Positions 1-10,560 of a DNA stretch of 64,000 nucleotides are shown piece after piece. The notes under the pieces are model-generated. The model was not told the origin of the DNA. It did no database searches and worked only from the letters and a program-made list of their open reading frames with translations. The stretch covers positions 12,400,001 to 12,464,000 of the forward strand of contig NC_090363.1 in NCBI RefSeq assembly GCF_035084215.1, given 5' to 3'. Within the stretch, counting starts at the first letter, position 1. Every line of letters begins with the position of its first letter. The stretch is from Heptranchias perlo (Eukaryota). Both the position numbers and the translations under genes were made by a program.

Positions 1-11
1 TTAGGCAGGAA

Positions 12-81
12 ATGGGACGAGCAGCAATTTTCTACGAATCAGTCATCTGCTATCCAATTCTTGCAATTATTGGTCTTCCCA
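12..81 (+). CDS. GPR139-like orphan class A GPCR, copy 1, exon 1 (MGRAAIFYESVICYPILAIIGLP + 1 nt)
   Basis: ATG at 12; 70 nt ending at a GTAAGT donor (82). YPILAIIGLP supplies the first half of TM1, and phase 1 matches the exon-2 acceptor. Confidence 0.88.
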
Positions 82-97
82 GTAAGTAATAAATTAA

Positions 98-222
98 TGA
101 TGAAAGGTCATCGACCTGAAACGTTAACTTTGCTTGTTTGCCACAGATGCTGCCTCACTGAGTATTTCCAGCATTTTCTGTTTTTATTTCAGAGTTCCAG
201 CATCCGCAGTATTCTGCTCTTG
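98..222 (+). mobile_element. Penelope-like element terminal fragment with degenerate minimal hammerhead motif in the intron (paralogues start at ~10029, 22791, 37159, 49509, 60136)
   Basis: TGAYGAA-AGGTC-atc-GACCT-GAAACGTTAAC...CACAGATGCTGCC...GAGTATTTCCAGCATTTTCTG; recognised as a common elasmobranch repeat terminus. Confidence 0.65.
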
Positions 223-636
223 CATGAATAACAAGCATGTATTAAGTGAAACATAAATGCATTGTTGCTTTCACGTTTTGCTGTTTGCCTCCATCTCTTT
301 GTTCCTTGGTTGCCCATTTTATGATAAGCTGATTGAATAGAAATCTCTCACTTATCCTTATTTTCTTCAAAACGATAACTATTGTGATATTATAGAGTGC
401 TCTCGAAACGTATACATCAAATGCAAGTTCTCCCCTTTGATAAGCGCCTTGCAATTAGCTACCTGGAATACCTGTGGCCATCAGGTTTATCGTGAGGATC
501 ATTATGCGGAGTTTTAACCAGATTTCTCTGGCCTCCTTTCTCATAAATGATAAACAGCCAATGCTAAAGGAGTGTGATTTTATATCGCTGATCTATTTCT
601 TTGTGATTCTCCTGCTTTCTTTCCAATTTCTTTCAG

Positions 637-1532
637 CGAACCTGATGTCAGTTGTGATCCTGTCCCGGGGAAAGTGCAGTCTCTCCAAAGGAATCACTCG
701 TTACATGGCGGCCATGGCAGTAGCAGATCTAATGGTTTGCATGTTTAATGTCATTTTGCAAAATATCTTCAGGTATCATTTTCTAGATTCATGGTTGAGC
801 TACACTTACGTGTGCCGTTTTACTGCTTTTATACAAGTATTTAGCAGCCAACTCTCTGTCTGGTTCACAGTATCATTCACGTTTGACCGCTTCATATCCA
901 TTTGTTGTCAGAAACTAAAATTAAAATATTGCACAGAAAGAACTGCCACTATAGTTTTAATGATCGTGTGTGCGCTCAGCTTTTTGATGAATATTCCTGT
1001 TTATCTCCGTTATGAGCCCTACTCTATTATTGACGATATACAGTGGGGGTGCCGTACAGTAACAGGATATTATTCTTCATCCGCATGGGTAGCTTACAAA
1101 TGGATTAGCACTCTCTCATCCCTAATTCTCCCATTCCCTTTGTTATTGCTGTTAAATTCTCTCACGGCCAGGCACATCTTAGTGGCCAGTAGATCTCGCA
1201 GAGCCCTGAAGAGCCGCAACAACGGGGATAACAGCAGTGATCCCGAGATGAAGAACCGAAGAACATCCATCATTCTGCTCTTCGCTATCTCGGGCAGTTT
1301 TATTGTGTTGTGGACGCCGATTACTATAATAAACATCTGTGTCGGTGTGACGGAGACACCTACTTTCAAAGGTTCAAACTCACTTTATTTGGCAATTGGA
1401 ATCACACTTCTGCTGATGTATTTGAGCTCCTGCACGAACACATACATTTATGCATTGACCCAGAGGAGATTCCGTGAGGAGATGAAGAATATGGTGAAAT
1501 ATCCATTTACTGTCGTTAAGTTATTTAAATAA
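637..1532 (+). CDS. GPR139-like orphan class A GPCR, copy 1, exon 2 (spliced protein 321 aa)
   Basis: Polypyrimidine tract plus TTTCAG acceptor (631-636). 7TM motifs NLMSVVILSRGKC, ADL, TFDRF, LWTP, NTYIY. The ORF-track N-terminus (474-636) is intronic read-through. Confidence 0.92.
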
Positions 1533-1999
1533 TTATATTTTAATTCCTCGCATTTTCCTGGCATCTAGGTTGTTTTTTGCGACTTGAAGTTTTTGGCTGA
1601 GGCCAGTTATTGCACCCATTGGTTCTCATCCTTCCACAACATCAGTTGACCATTTTCCCACCTCACAAGGTGATGGCAGTTACGCTGCTGTTCTAAAACT
1701 CGCCATACCAATGTCAGCAAACGAATCACACCGAATCCTCCAAACATATTGCTGATAGGATAAACTTCACAATGTTTCACAATCGTCTATTTTTTGAACA
1801 ATTGAGCGAGCGAAGTTCCCAATCGGTTCCCGACGATTTGCGGAAGATTCGCTTTGGCTCCCATTGGTGAAGATATCAATTACATAACATAAAGATTCCA
1901 TCTGGTCTGTACGTGCGAGGGCGTCAGATACTCATCAGGGATACTTCTTCTGCGTCCAGTCTGTAAGGATGTCACTGTCGTCCCTGTGTGTAAGGGTTT

Positions 2000-2597
2000 G
2001 AAATTGATGCAACAGCTATACAAAGCACTGACTAAACCGCACCTGGAATACTGTGTACAGCTCTGAGCACCGCACCATCGGAAGGAAATATTGATCTTGG
2101 AGGGAGTGCTGCCTAGGTTTACGAGAATGATACCTGGACGCCAAGGGTTAAATTAGGTGAGATTACACAATCTAGGTTTGTCTTCCCTGGAATTTACAAG
2201 ATTAAGGTGTGAGTTGATCGAAGTTTTCAAGATATTAAGGGGAACTGATAGGACAAATAGAGAAAAACTATTTCCGCTGGCCGGTGAGTCTCGGACAAGG
2301 GGATACAGCCTAAAAATAGAGCCAGAACCTACAGGAGTGAAGTTATGAAACACTTCTACACCCAAAGGGAGGTGGAATTTGGAACTTTCTTCGGCAATCG
2401 GCAGTGGATGCTAGCTCTATTGTTAATTTTAAATCTGAGATTGACCTATTTTTGTTAATCAAAGGGAGTAAAGGATTTGGTGCTGAGGCGGGTATAGGAA
2501 GTTAGTGCACAGATCAGCCATGAATTCATTGAATGGAAGAACAGCCTCGAGGGGCTAAATGTCCCACTCCTGTTCCTATGATCCTATGTTCCTATGA
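2000..2597 (+). mobile_element. Old 5'-truncated CR1 LINE 3' fragment (paralogues ~14612-15190, 24650-25246, 41750-42330, 51885-52484)
   Basis: Degenerate QLYK..PHLEYCVQ..RLRCELIEVFKIL..RTRG ORF2 C-terminus and a (TTCCTATG)-type tail. Confidence 0.85.
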
Positions 2598-2784
2598 TAT
2601 CAGAAACACAACAATATATGTATTTCTTCAAAGAGTAAGGGACAGAAATTTTGTTTCTTTGTGATAAGCTTCACACTGCTGTCCTGACCGGAGATTGATA
2701 GGCAAGGGAAGTCACATCACTGGGTGTGCAAGACTATCTCACAATTGGACCATATTGGAAAATAGCAGAACCTTTTTGTTTCAT

Positions 2785-3160
2785 TTATTCTTCGAATGTG
2801 GGCATCCCTGGCTAGGCCGTCCTTTATTGCCCATCCATAGTTGCCCTGAAAACGTGATGACGGGCTTTCTTCCTTGAATCACCGTAAGTTTTTTGAAACA
2901 AATATGTGGCTTGCGTGGCCACATTTGAGTGTAGGAAAGAGTCAACCAAGCACCTCTGCGCCAGAATGGATGGCTGATTTCCTTCCCGAAAGGACATCAT
3001 TGAAACGATTGGGTTTTTTAAAGTATCGGACTGCTTTATGATCACTTTTATTGGCTTTTATTTCCATAGAAACAGAATAAAAATTCTCATAAAGTGATGG
3101 TGCAATTCACAGCATCTGGATTACTAGCCCAGCAATATAACCATTGCATTACCATACCCA
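2785..3160 (-). mobile_element. tRNA-derived SINE with LINE-derived 3' tail (paralogues ~15385-15770, 25445-26710 split by a LINE, 42525-42880, 52680-53050)
   Basis: The minus strand starts with a tRNA-like head (..TGGTTATATTGCTGGGCTAGTAATCCAGA; GTTCAA B box in B-type copies). Its 3' ~90 nt match the LINE end at 26326-26420. Confidence 0.75.
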
Positions 3161-3528
3161 TAACTTCATGATAATGCAGTGTGCAGTTGGCTCAATCCGC
3201 GAATCTGAGCCTTGTTTCTAAACAATCCGTTCCAATTAAAAGCTCATGTTTTGATGTTTTTGGCGTTAGGAGCTCAACAATTCACTTCAATGCTCAAGGA
3301 TTGTGGACGTGTAAAAGTTGGGCGGGGTCCGCTCTCCTGCTCAAATTTAAATGACCCCTCTGTGAAAGCGTGCCTGTCTGGAAGCTGGGAACAGCTGAGC
3401 TTTGATTAATCCTAGAGTACATCACATGTCAAGAATCACAGTGCATCCTCTCAGATACTGGAAGATCATACCCTCTGGACCATGTGGCAGGCTTAGCCGA
3501 AAACGTCCGTTAATGTTTACCTGTGAAA

Positions 3529-4001
3529 GCCCTTACATTTTGCAGAAATACATATGATAATGCATTGCTTATGGTATTCGTGCACACTGAAACCAAAGGT
3601 ATTCCTCATCATCTCCTGATGTCCTCCGGCGTACAGACCAATTGCAACTTCTCTGTTCTGCAGCTGATATTTTCACTCATATGGACCAAAGGCAATCTTT
3701 CCGTTCTGCAGATGATCTCGTCACTCATCGGGACCAGATGGAATCTTCCAGTTATGCATCTGATATCGTCACTCATAGGAACCAAAGGCAATTTTCTCAA
3801 TGTGTCGATTATATATTTACTCATAGCAATGAAAGGGAATCTTCCCGTTGTGTAAATAATATCTTCACTCATAGGGACCTGGTGGAATCCTGCCATTGTG
3901 TATCTGACATCTTGACTCGTAGGGGAAAAAAAGGAATTTTCCCCCCTTTGTCAAGCACTGATGGGAATCTTCTCCATCTACGTTTTTATCTCAAATATGA
4001 A
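3529..4001. repeat. Right arm of the downstream inverted repeat, with ~6-7 degenerate 48-bp tandem units
   Basis: Unit like TGATATCTTCACTCATAGGGACCAAAGGGAATCTTCCCGTTCTGCAGA; 16-aa periodicity in the overlapping ORFs. Confidence 0.85.
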
Positions 4002-5315
4002 ATGTTTTAAGCTTTAAGTTACGCATGTGATCATCTAACGTTCACCAGATTGATACATCTGGATGAAAGTGTTCAATATGTAACTTGTACTTCATTGCTT
4101 TTTCCCCGTCTACGTATGTTGTGAGTCTATCTTAAGAATTGATCGCAACTCAGGAAATGCAAAAATGTAATTCATTGCCCGCATGACTGATTGATTACTT
4201 TTTCGCTCTGCTGAGCACATCTGAATCAAAATTGCAATGAATTTATGTGATTTTAAAATATTTTTACTGAGCCAATTCACCAGAAATACTTTTCCATGCA
4301 ATTTGATTTGATATAACTGTCCTGCTTAACGAGTCGATGGCCAATTTATCAGGTCATGAGCTATCTTCGAAAGGCCTGATGTGTAAATGAGATCATTCAT
4401 GATGCAATGATTGGACGGTGATAAACTTAGACAAGAATCATTGGCGGATTAAAAGAGGAAAGTTGATTATATCGGCCTGCTATCAACAAAGTGGTGGATA
4501 TGATTGCATGATGAATGACAAAAGTAATTATTTTGGGAAAGGAACGGAGTGATGCAGAGTACAGATTGTGGGGAGTTCCTCAGTCCTAAAAGACTCAGGC
4601 GATGGGCCATGAGCAACTGCGCAAGTAGAGGGACATAAGGGGAAGTTTGACAGCAATAAGCCAATCGTTCGTTCCAAATCTTATGATATTAGCTTGTTTA
4701 ATTGTTCTATTATCATCCCTATCAATGGCTTTGAATATTTGTAAATTAAATTACCAAAACACTCACCAGTCGGAATCTGATGGTGCATAAAGGAGCCAAT
4801 GAGGTCATCAGTAGAACTGCCTCACCGAACTCCATACTGGTGATCAGAGATTGGAAGAGAACTTTCATGTCGATGGATTAATTAAGATTTAAAAATTACC
4901 TCCTTAATTTTGGAAAGCACAAGGTTAAGTGCAATAGGCCTTTAGTTAGAAAGTCTGAGCAATCGACGTTCTTTGGGATAGAACGTTGGCAAACAGCTCT
5001 ATAAGTAAAAAGGATATGAGGAATGAATGCAACCGACAGTGTGTAAACAGAACAACACGTGGCTGAGATCAGACACATGCATCTCGAAAACCATAGGAAG
5101 AATTCTACCAGAGTTAGAGTTTTTTGGAGTTAATGAAAGGCATGATCCAACATACAGTTTATTATAATGTTGAAACATTACATAATGTGGCCGTGAGAAT
5201 GCCTTGAAGACATTTTAGTGAGGTTTCACTATATGATTGGTATATTAATATATTCCAATTTGGCTTTCACAAGCTTAATCCACATTCAAACATGTGCCTG
5301 GGGCAGGAAATCAAC

Positions 5316-7195
5316 ATAGGAACAAGAGTAAACCATTTAGTCCCTCGACCCTTTCCGCTGTTCAATGAGATCATGGCTGATCTGTATCCTAACTCCATCC
5401 ACCCGCCTTGGTTCCTGATCCTTAAACAACCTTGGCTGGCAAAACTTCAATCGATGTAAGATTTATAATTATTTATTGAAGTAGCATCTGTTGCTTTTTG
5501 TGGGAGAGAGTTCCACATTGCTACCACTCTATGTGTGAAGAAATGTTTCCTAATTTCTCACCTCAAAAGCCTGGTTATGATGTTAAGGTTATGTCCCCTT
5601 GTCCGAGACTCCCCAACCAGCAGAATTTTTTCCCCTCCACCGACCCGATCATATCCTTTCCAAATCCAAAAAAAGTCAATCAAATCACCCGTTAACCTTT
5701 TATATTCGTGGGACTACAAGACTGGTTCGTGTATTCTCAGCATATAATCTAACACTTGGAGCCCTGGTAACATTTCTTCACTCAGAGGGTGGTGAACCTA
5801 TGGAATTCTCTGCCACAGAAGGCTGTGGAGGCCAAGTCACTGAACATATTTAAGAAGGAGCCAGATAGATTTCTAGACACAAAAGACATCAAGGGGTATG
5901 GGGAGAGAGTGGGAATATGGTGTTGAGATAAAGGATCAGCCATGATCATATTGAATGGCGGAGCAGGCTCAAAAGGGCGGAATGGCCTACTCCTGCTCCT
6001 ATTTTCTAAGTTTCCATGTAACATTCTGGTGAATTTGCGCTGCACTCCTTCCAAGGCCAATATATCCTTTCTGAACTGCAGTGCCCAGAACTGTACACAG
6101 TACTCTTGATGTAGTCTAACCAGGGCTTTGGAAAGCTGGAGCAAACCTTCCTCCCCTTTATATTCTAGCCCTCCACTTATAAAGGCTAACATTCCATTAG
6201 TCTTTGTGATTATTTTTTATTACCTGACTACAACATTTTAGTGATCTGTGTAGATGGACCATTAAATATCGTTGGACCTGCACTGGTCCTAACTTTTCAC
6301 CATTTAAAAATACTCGGATCAATCCTTTTTTGGTCCAAAATGGATGACCTCACACTTGTCTGAAATTAAATTTCAATAACTTCGCCACAACAAAAGTTAG
6401 ACTGACAGATTTTTAATTTCCTGGTACTTCTCTCTCGCATCTTTCTTAAATAAAGGTTTTACATTTGCAGTATTCCAATCTAAAGACGCAATTCCAGAAT
6501 CGAGAGAGTTTTGGAAGAGTATGGCTAAAGCATCTGCAATTTCCTCACCGACTTCCTTTAAAATCCAGGCGTGGAAACCATCAGGCCCTGAGGATTTGTC
6601 AGTCTATACTGCCCTTATTAATCCTAATTTTGTTGTCTTGCTTACATTAACGTCAGTGAGTTTCAGTCCTTGATTCATTATTAATTTCCCTGGAATGTCA
6701 GATATATTATCCTTTTCCTCTACTGTGAAGATTGACACAAAATAATTATTCAACAAGTCTGCCACTTCCTTATTTTCATTTGAAATATTACCAGCGTCTG
6801 TTTTGATTACCGTTTTTCTTCTAATATAATCGTAAACACCTTTTGTGTTAATCTTGGTATCCCTCGCAAGTTTCTTTTCATATTCCGTTTTTGCAGCTCT
6901 TATTATCTCTTTTTGTTTCCTTTGCTGTTCTTTATATCACCACCAGTCCCCTGGATCTACACTATTCCTTGCACTTTTTAAATGCTCTTTCGTTTAGTTT
7001 TATGTTACCTCTCATCTTTTTATTCTGCCATGGCTCTTCATTGGTACGTTACATTATTTTTTGAACACCGCCCACTGATCATCGGTAGTTTTACTCGTAA
7101 ACAGTTTTGATAAGTTTGCTTTCGTCAATCTCTGTCTCACCGCTTTAAAGTTAGACATATCACCATCTAGAATCTTAGTAATCGTGTTAGGTTTC
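5316..7195 (-). mobile_element. Old degraded CR1 LINE (paralogues ~17926-19192, 29760-31700, 45036-46285, 55205-57120)
   Basis: Minus-strand peptides LAFISGGLEYK..LVRLHQEYCVQFW..LEGVQRKFTR and further upstream ORF2 pieces. Confidence 0.85.
5775..6017 (+). mobile_element. Short nested CR1 3' end with 8-bp TSD GTAACATT (A-type marker; also 30257-30489 and 55674-55906)
   Basis: FFTQRVVNLWNSLP-type sequence plus tail. TSD at 5767-5774 and 6018-6025; empty sites at 18376 and 45486. Confidence 0.85.
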
Positions 7196-7200
7196 TCCTT

Positions 7201-7490
7201 CGGGAATGAATCATTCCCTTTTAACCACTGTGTACTGTACATGTACAGGACTGACAATGAAACACACACGGGCCGTACAGTACCAGATGTGAGCAAATCA
7301 TTCTTTTTTCCCCTTGTGTACTGTACTTATAAAGGAGCTGACATTAGGACACAAACACAGGCCGTACAATACTAGAAGGGCGTGACTCAGTCCCTTTTTC
7401 CCGCTGTGTGCTGTCCATGTGCAGAAGCTGACACTGAGACATACACGGGCCATACTGTCCCAGACGGGAGTGAACCATTCCCCTTTAATA
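7201..7490. repeat. ~88-89-bp tandem repeat (paralogues ~19903-20180, 31710-32152, 46930-47210, 57125-57590)
   Basis: Unit like GCTGACACTGAGACACACACGGGCCATACAGTACCAGACGGGAGTGAATCGTTCCCTTTTACCCGCTGTGTACTGTACATGTACAGGA; about 3-5 copies per unit. Confidence 0.85.
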
Positions 7491-7504
7491 TGTAACGTGT
7501 TACA

Positions 7505-8040
7505 TTGTGTTACATAGCATTTACAACAGAGAAACAATCCATTCGGACTTTCTCCGACATGAAGTTATCATGCTTCCCCTTAACTACATTTATAGCTTCC
7601 GCCTTAACTTCTCCATGTGGTAGCAAGTTCCATTCTCTAACAACTCTGTGGGTAAAGACGTTGCCCCTGAATTTTTTATTGGATTTATTAGTGACTATTT
7701 TATTTTCATGGCCCCTCGTTTTGGACTCCTCCACAACTGGTAACATCTTCTCTACTTCTACCCTCTCAAACACCTTCATAATCCTGAAGACCTCTATTAG
7801 GTCACCCATCAGCCTTCCCTTTTCTTGAGAAAAGATGTCCAGCCTGTTTGGTCTTTCTTAAAATTTTGATATCATCCATGTAATGTTTTTTGGAATCTTC
7901 TCTAGTGCCTCGATACCCTTTTGTAACATGGAGACCGCAGTACTCAAAGTGTGGTCGAACCAACGTTCTATTTTGGTTTAACATAACTTCTCTGCTTTTC
8001 AATTCTATTCGTTTAGAAATGAACCCCTGTGTGTTGTTTG
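7505..8040 (-). mobile_element. CR1 3' fragment (paralogues ~20195-20845, 32165-32820, 47230-47550, 57600-58140)
   Basis: GDLIEVFRIMK..KTRGH..FTHRVVREWNLLP peptide on the minus strand. Confidence 0.85.
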
Positions 8041-8044
8041 TATT

Positions 8045-9250
8045 TTTATGGCCTTGTATGGAGCAGGATGGTGCGCTCAAACGTGTCAAAGTCTGAGGTC
8101 ATGTCGAGAAGGGTGAGGAGGGATGGTTCACCACGGTCACAGTCACATGGGATGTCATTTGTGACTTTGATAAGTTCCGTTTCAATCCTGTGGCAGGAGC
8201 GGAAACCTGATTGGAGGGGTTCAAACATGGAATAGGGGGAAAGATGGGCACGGATTTCGGGAGGAGACAACAACTTCAAGGACATTGGAGCGGAAATGCA
8301 GGTTGGAGATTGTAGTTTGCAAGGGCAGATGGGCGAAGGTGTTCTTTTGAGCAGGGTTGTGATGACGACAGATTTAAAGGAGAGCGAGCCAGTAAAATAG
8401 CCATTGATTTGCTTCAAATTCTGACACAAAAGAGTTCACAGCGTGAGAGAAGTTTAGGAATACACGTCAGTCAGAAATACAAAATCTTGGAGATGCTTAA
8501 CAAGCCTGTTAACATGTGGAAGAGAAACTCAGGTTAAAACTCTGCATGAGGATCCTCACGTTAAACCTGATGGCCACAGTTATTCCAGGCAGCTTAGGAC
8601 AGGGAAACGTTAATATCATCAGCTAACATGGGGCTAGGAAGTGAAGTTGGGTGGACAGCAGTTTGGTGGGAATAGGGTCGAGGTAGCAGGAGGTGGTCAA
8701 GACTAGCTCGGAGAGCGCATGAGGAGAGACAGGCGAGAAAGTAGAGAAAGGTGGAAGTTCAAGGCTAGGGCAGGGAGGAACCTTGGGGTAAGTTTGGCTT
8801 CGTGGGTTAAGGGAAAGCAGGGAAGCGGCAGAGGCAGCAGAACGGATGGTCTCAATCTTAGTAATAACGAAGTCCATGAGCTCGTCGCACTTGTTGTTGG
8901 AGCTGACTGCAGAGGGGCAGTGATTAGAGGTTCAAGAATACCGTTTGCAGTGGAGAAATGACGCCGGGGTTAATGTTATCATTCCAGGATGGTCCTGGAA
9001 TATTGAGCAATTTTGGCAGAGGTGAATAGGACACGATAAAGCTTTATGTAGTCCAGCCAGATCTGGCAATGGATTGTTATACCAGTTGTCCGCCGTAAAT
9101 GTTCAAGTCTGGGTCCCTTGGACTTCAGGGAGGGGAGATATGGGCTGTAACGGGGGTAAGGACCAGGGTGAGAGGCAATAATTGTTTTAATGGAGCAAGG
9201 GCATCAAAGTTGGAGGTACGGTGTGATTGAGCAGATCGGTAGCCATTAGG
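8045..9250 (-). mobile_element. L2-clade LINE ORF2 fragment interrupted by an inverted intron-derived insert (paralogues ~20846-22040, 32826-36395, 47553-48755, 58147-59360)
   Basis: Peptides KIETIR..LDPIPTKLL and QSGFRSCH..ETELIKVTND..LLDLTSDFDTV, typical of L2 reverse transcriptase. Confidence 0.85.
8390..8594 (-). repeat. Inverted duplicate of a GPCR intron segment (paralogues ~21190-21395, 33166-33377, 47893-48099, 58488-58699)
   Basis: The reverse complement reads CCTGGAATAACTGTGGCCATCAGGTTT..GTGAGGATCCT..CACGCTGTGAA..AATTTGAAG.AAATCAATGGCTATTTTACTG, matching intron 10393-10750 without the MITE. Confidence 0.9.
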
Positions 9251-9820
9251 TACAGTGTAGATATTTTATATTGAAAAAAATATGCATTCAGGGTACGACA
9301 ATGACTAACAGTCACTCAATCGCCGACCATGTTGCGCTGGTGAAATTGTGTTCGTCGCACCAGCACCTGATTGAACGGTGCTGCCGGGTGATGACCCATT
9401 TTATATTCCCCTCCCAGCTCCGATATTGTATCTCATGTTGTCAATGCGATTTACTCTATCACTCTATCACTCTCACAGCTTTTTGGTATGATTTGCACTT
9501 TGACGGTTAAGTGCTAACTGACAGGTTCACATTTTATTCCCCTTCTTCTCCAATTCACTTTTAATTTTTAGAACTGGAACAACGGAGCCTTCGTAGAATT
9601 AATTAAAGCATCGAGTTACCAAGAGCTAAATAACGTCATCAAGAAACTGCTTTGAGGTCACAGTTTCAGCGCGGGGGATGACTGAGCCTCAGAGTGCCCA
9701 GTGGAGCCTCGATTTTCGCACTGCCTCATTAAATGATCGTGGAGCGCACTTTACTCATTGATTTGGAAAATAAATATGTTCTAATATGTTTGTTCGAAGG
9801 CCCGTGGCTAATACCATCTC

Positions 9821-9866
9821 TTATGTAAAACCACTGTGTCCCTGTGGGATTGACTGGTGTATAAAA
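9821..9866 (+). promoter_or_regulatory. Core promoter of copy 2: TTATGTAA, TCCCTGTGGGA, TATAAAA
   Basis: TTATGTAA at 9821-9828, TCCCTGTGGGA at 9839-9849, TATAAAA at 9860-9866; same spacing upstream of exon 1 in all visible copies. Confidence 0.65.
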
Positions 9867-9942
9867 CAGCTCCTGTTTCAGTTCATTGTCTTTGTGTCCA
9901 AACCACACCCTTGCTTCCACGATTGTCCGGTTTCGGCAGGAA

Positions 9943-10012
9943 ATGGGACGGGCAGCAGTTTTCTCCGAATCAGTCATTTGCTATCCAATTCTTGCAATTA
10001 TTGGTCTTCCCA
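9943..10012 (+). CDS. GPR139-like GPCR copy 2, exon 1 (MGRAAVFSESVICYPILAIIGLP)
   Basis: ATG at 9943, 70 nt, GTAAGT donor at 10013, TATA box 83 nt upstream. Confidence 0.88.
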
Positions 10013-10560
10013 GTAAGTAATAAATTAATGACGAAAGGTCATCGACCTGAAACGTTAACTCTGTTCCTTTCTCCAAAGATGCTGCCTCACTGAGTATTTT
10101 CAGCATTTTCTGTTTTTATTTCAGAGTTCCAGAATCCGCAGTATTCTGCGCTTGCAGTAATAACCAGCAATTATTATGTGGACCACTTTAAAATGCATTG
10201 TTGCTTTCACAATGTGCTGTTTGCCTCCATCTCTTTCTTCCTTGGTTGCCCATTTTATGGTAAGTTTATTGAATAGAAAGCTCTCACTTTGCCTTACTTC
10301 TTATAAAAGGAAAACTATTGTGATATTATATAAGGCTCTCTAAATGCATACATCAAATGCAAGTTCTCCCGTTTGTTAAACGCCTTGCAATCAGCTACAT
10401 GGAATAACTGTGGCCATCAGGTTTATCGTGAGGATCCTTATGCGGAGTTTTAACCAGAGTTTATCTTCCAAATGTCAACAGGCCGGTTACGCATCTCCAA
10501 GATTCAGTATACCTGACTCACGTGAATTCCTAAACTTCTCCCACGCTGTGAATTGACTTT

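Noticed and set aside
474-636. Long N-terminal extensions of the GPCR ORFs (also 50406-50589, 11077-11101, 61144-61183)
   Set aside because: Not conserved among paralogues and they run through the polypyrimidine tract; exon 1 explains TM1 better.
1094-1369. 91-aa antisense ORF recurring inside each GPCR exon 2
   Set aside because: Shadow ORF of the conserved sense CDS; truncated in copy 6; no independent support.
637-1532. Assigning the symbol GPR139
   Set aside because: These resemble the expanded chondrichthyan GPR139-like family rather than the single-copy orthologue; orthology needs a phylogeny.
3600-3920. 48-bp and 89-bp arrays as CRISPR-like repeat-spacer arrays
   Set aside because: Units are degenerate along their whole length with no unique spacers; the context is vertebrate and there are no cas genes.
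3609-4010. ORFs with 16-aa repeats (..IFTHRDQ.. / MSEDI..GRFPLVP) on both strands
   Set aside because: A 48-bp unit keeps frames open trivially. Starts and ends differ between units, the region is one arm of an inverted repeat, and it is deleted in units 3 and 6.
9857-10093. 78-aa ORF (MYKTAP..QFLQLLVFPVSNK..) recurring over exon 1
   Set aside because: Begins with GTG at the TATA box and is an alternative frame that reads through the donor into a repeat.
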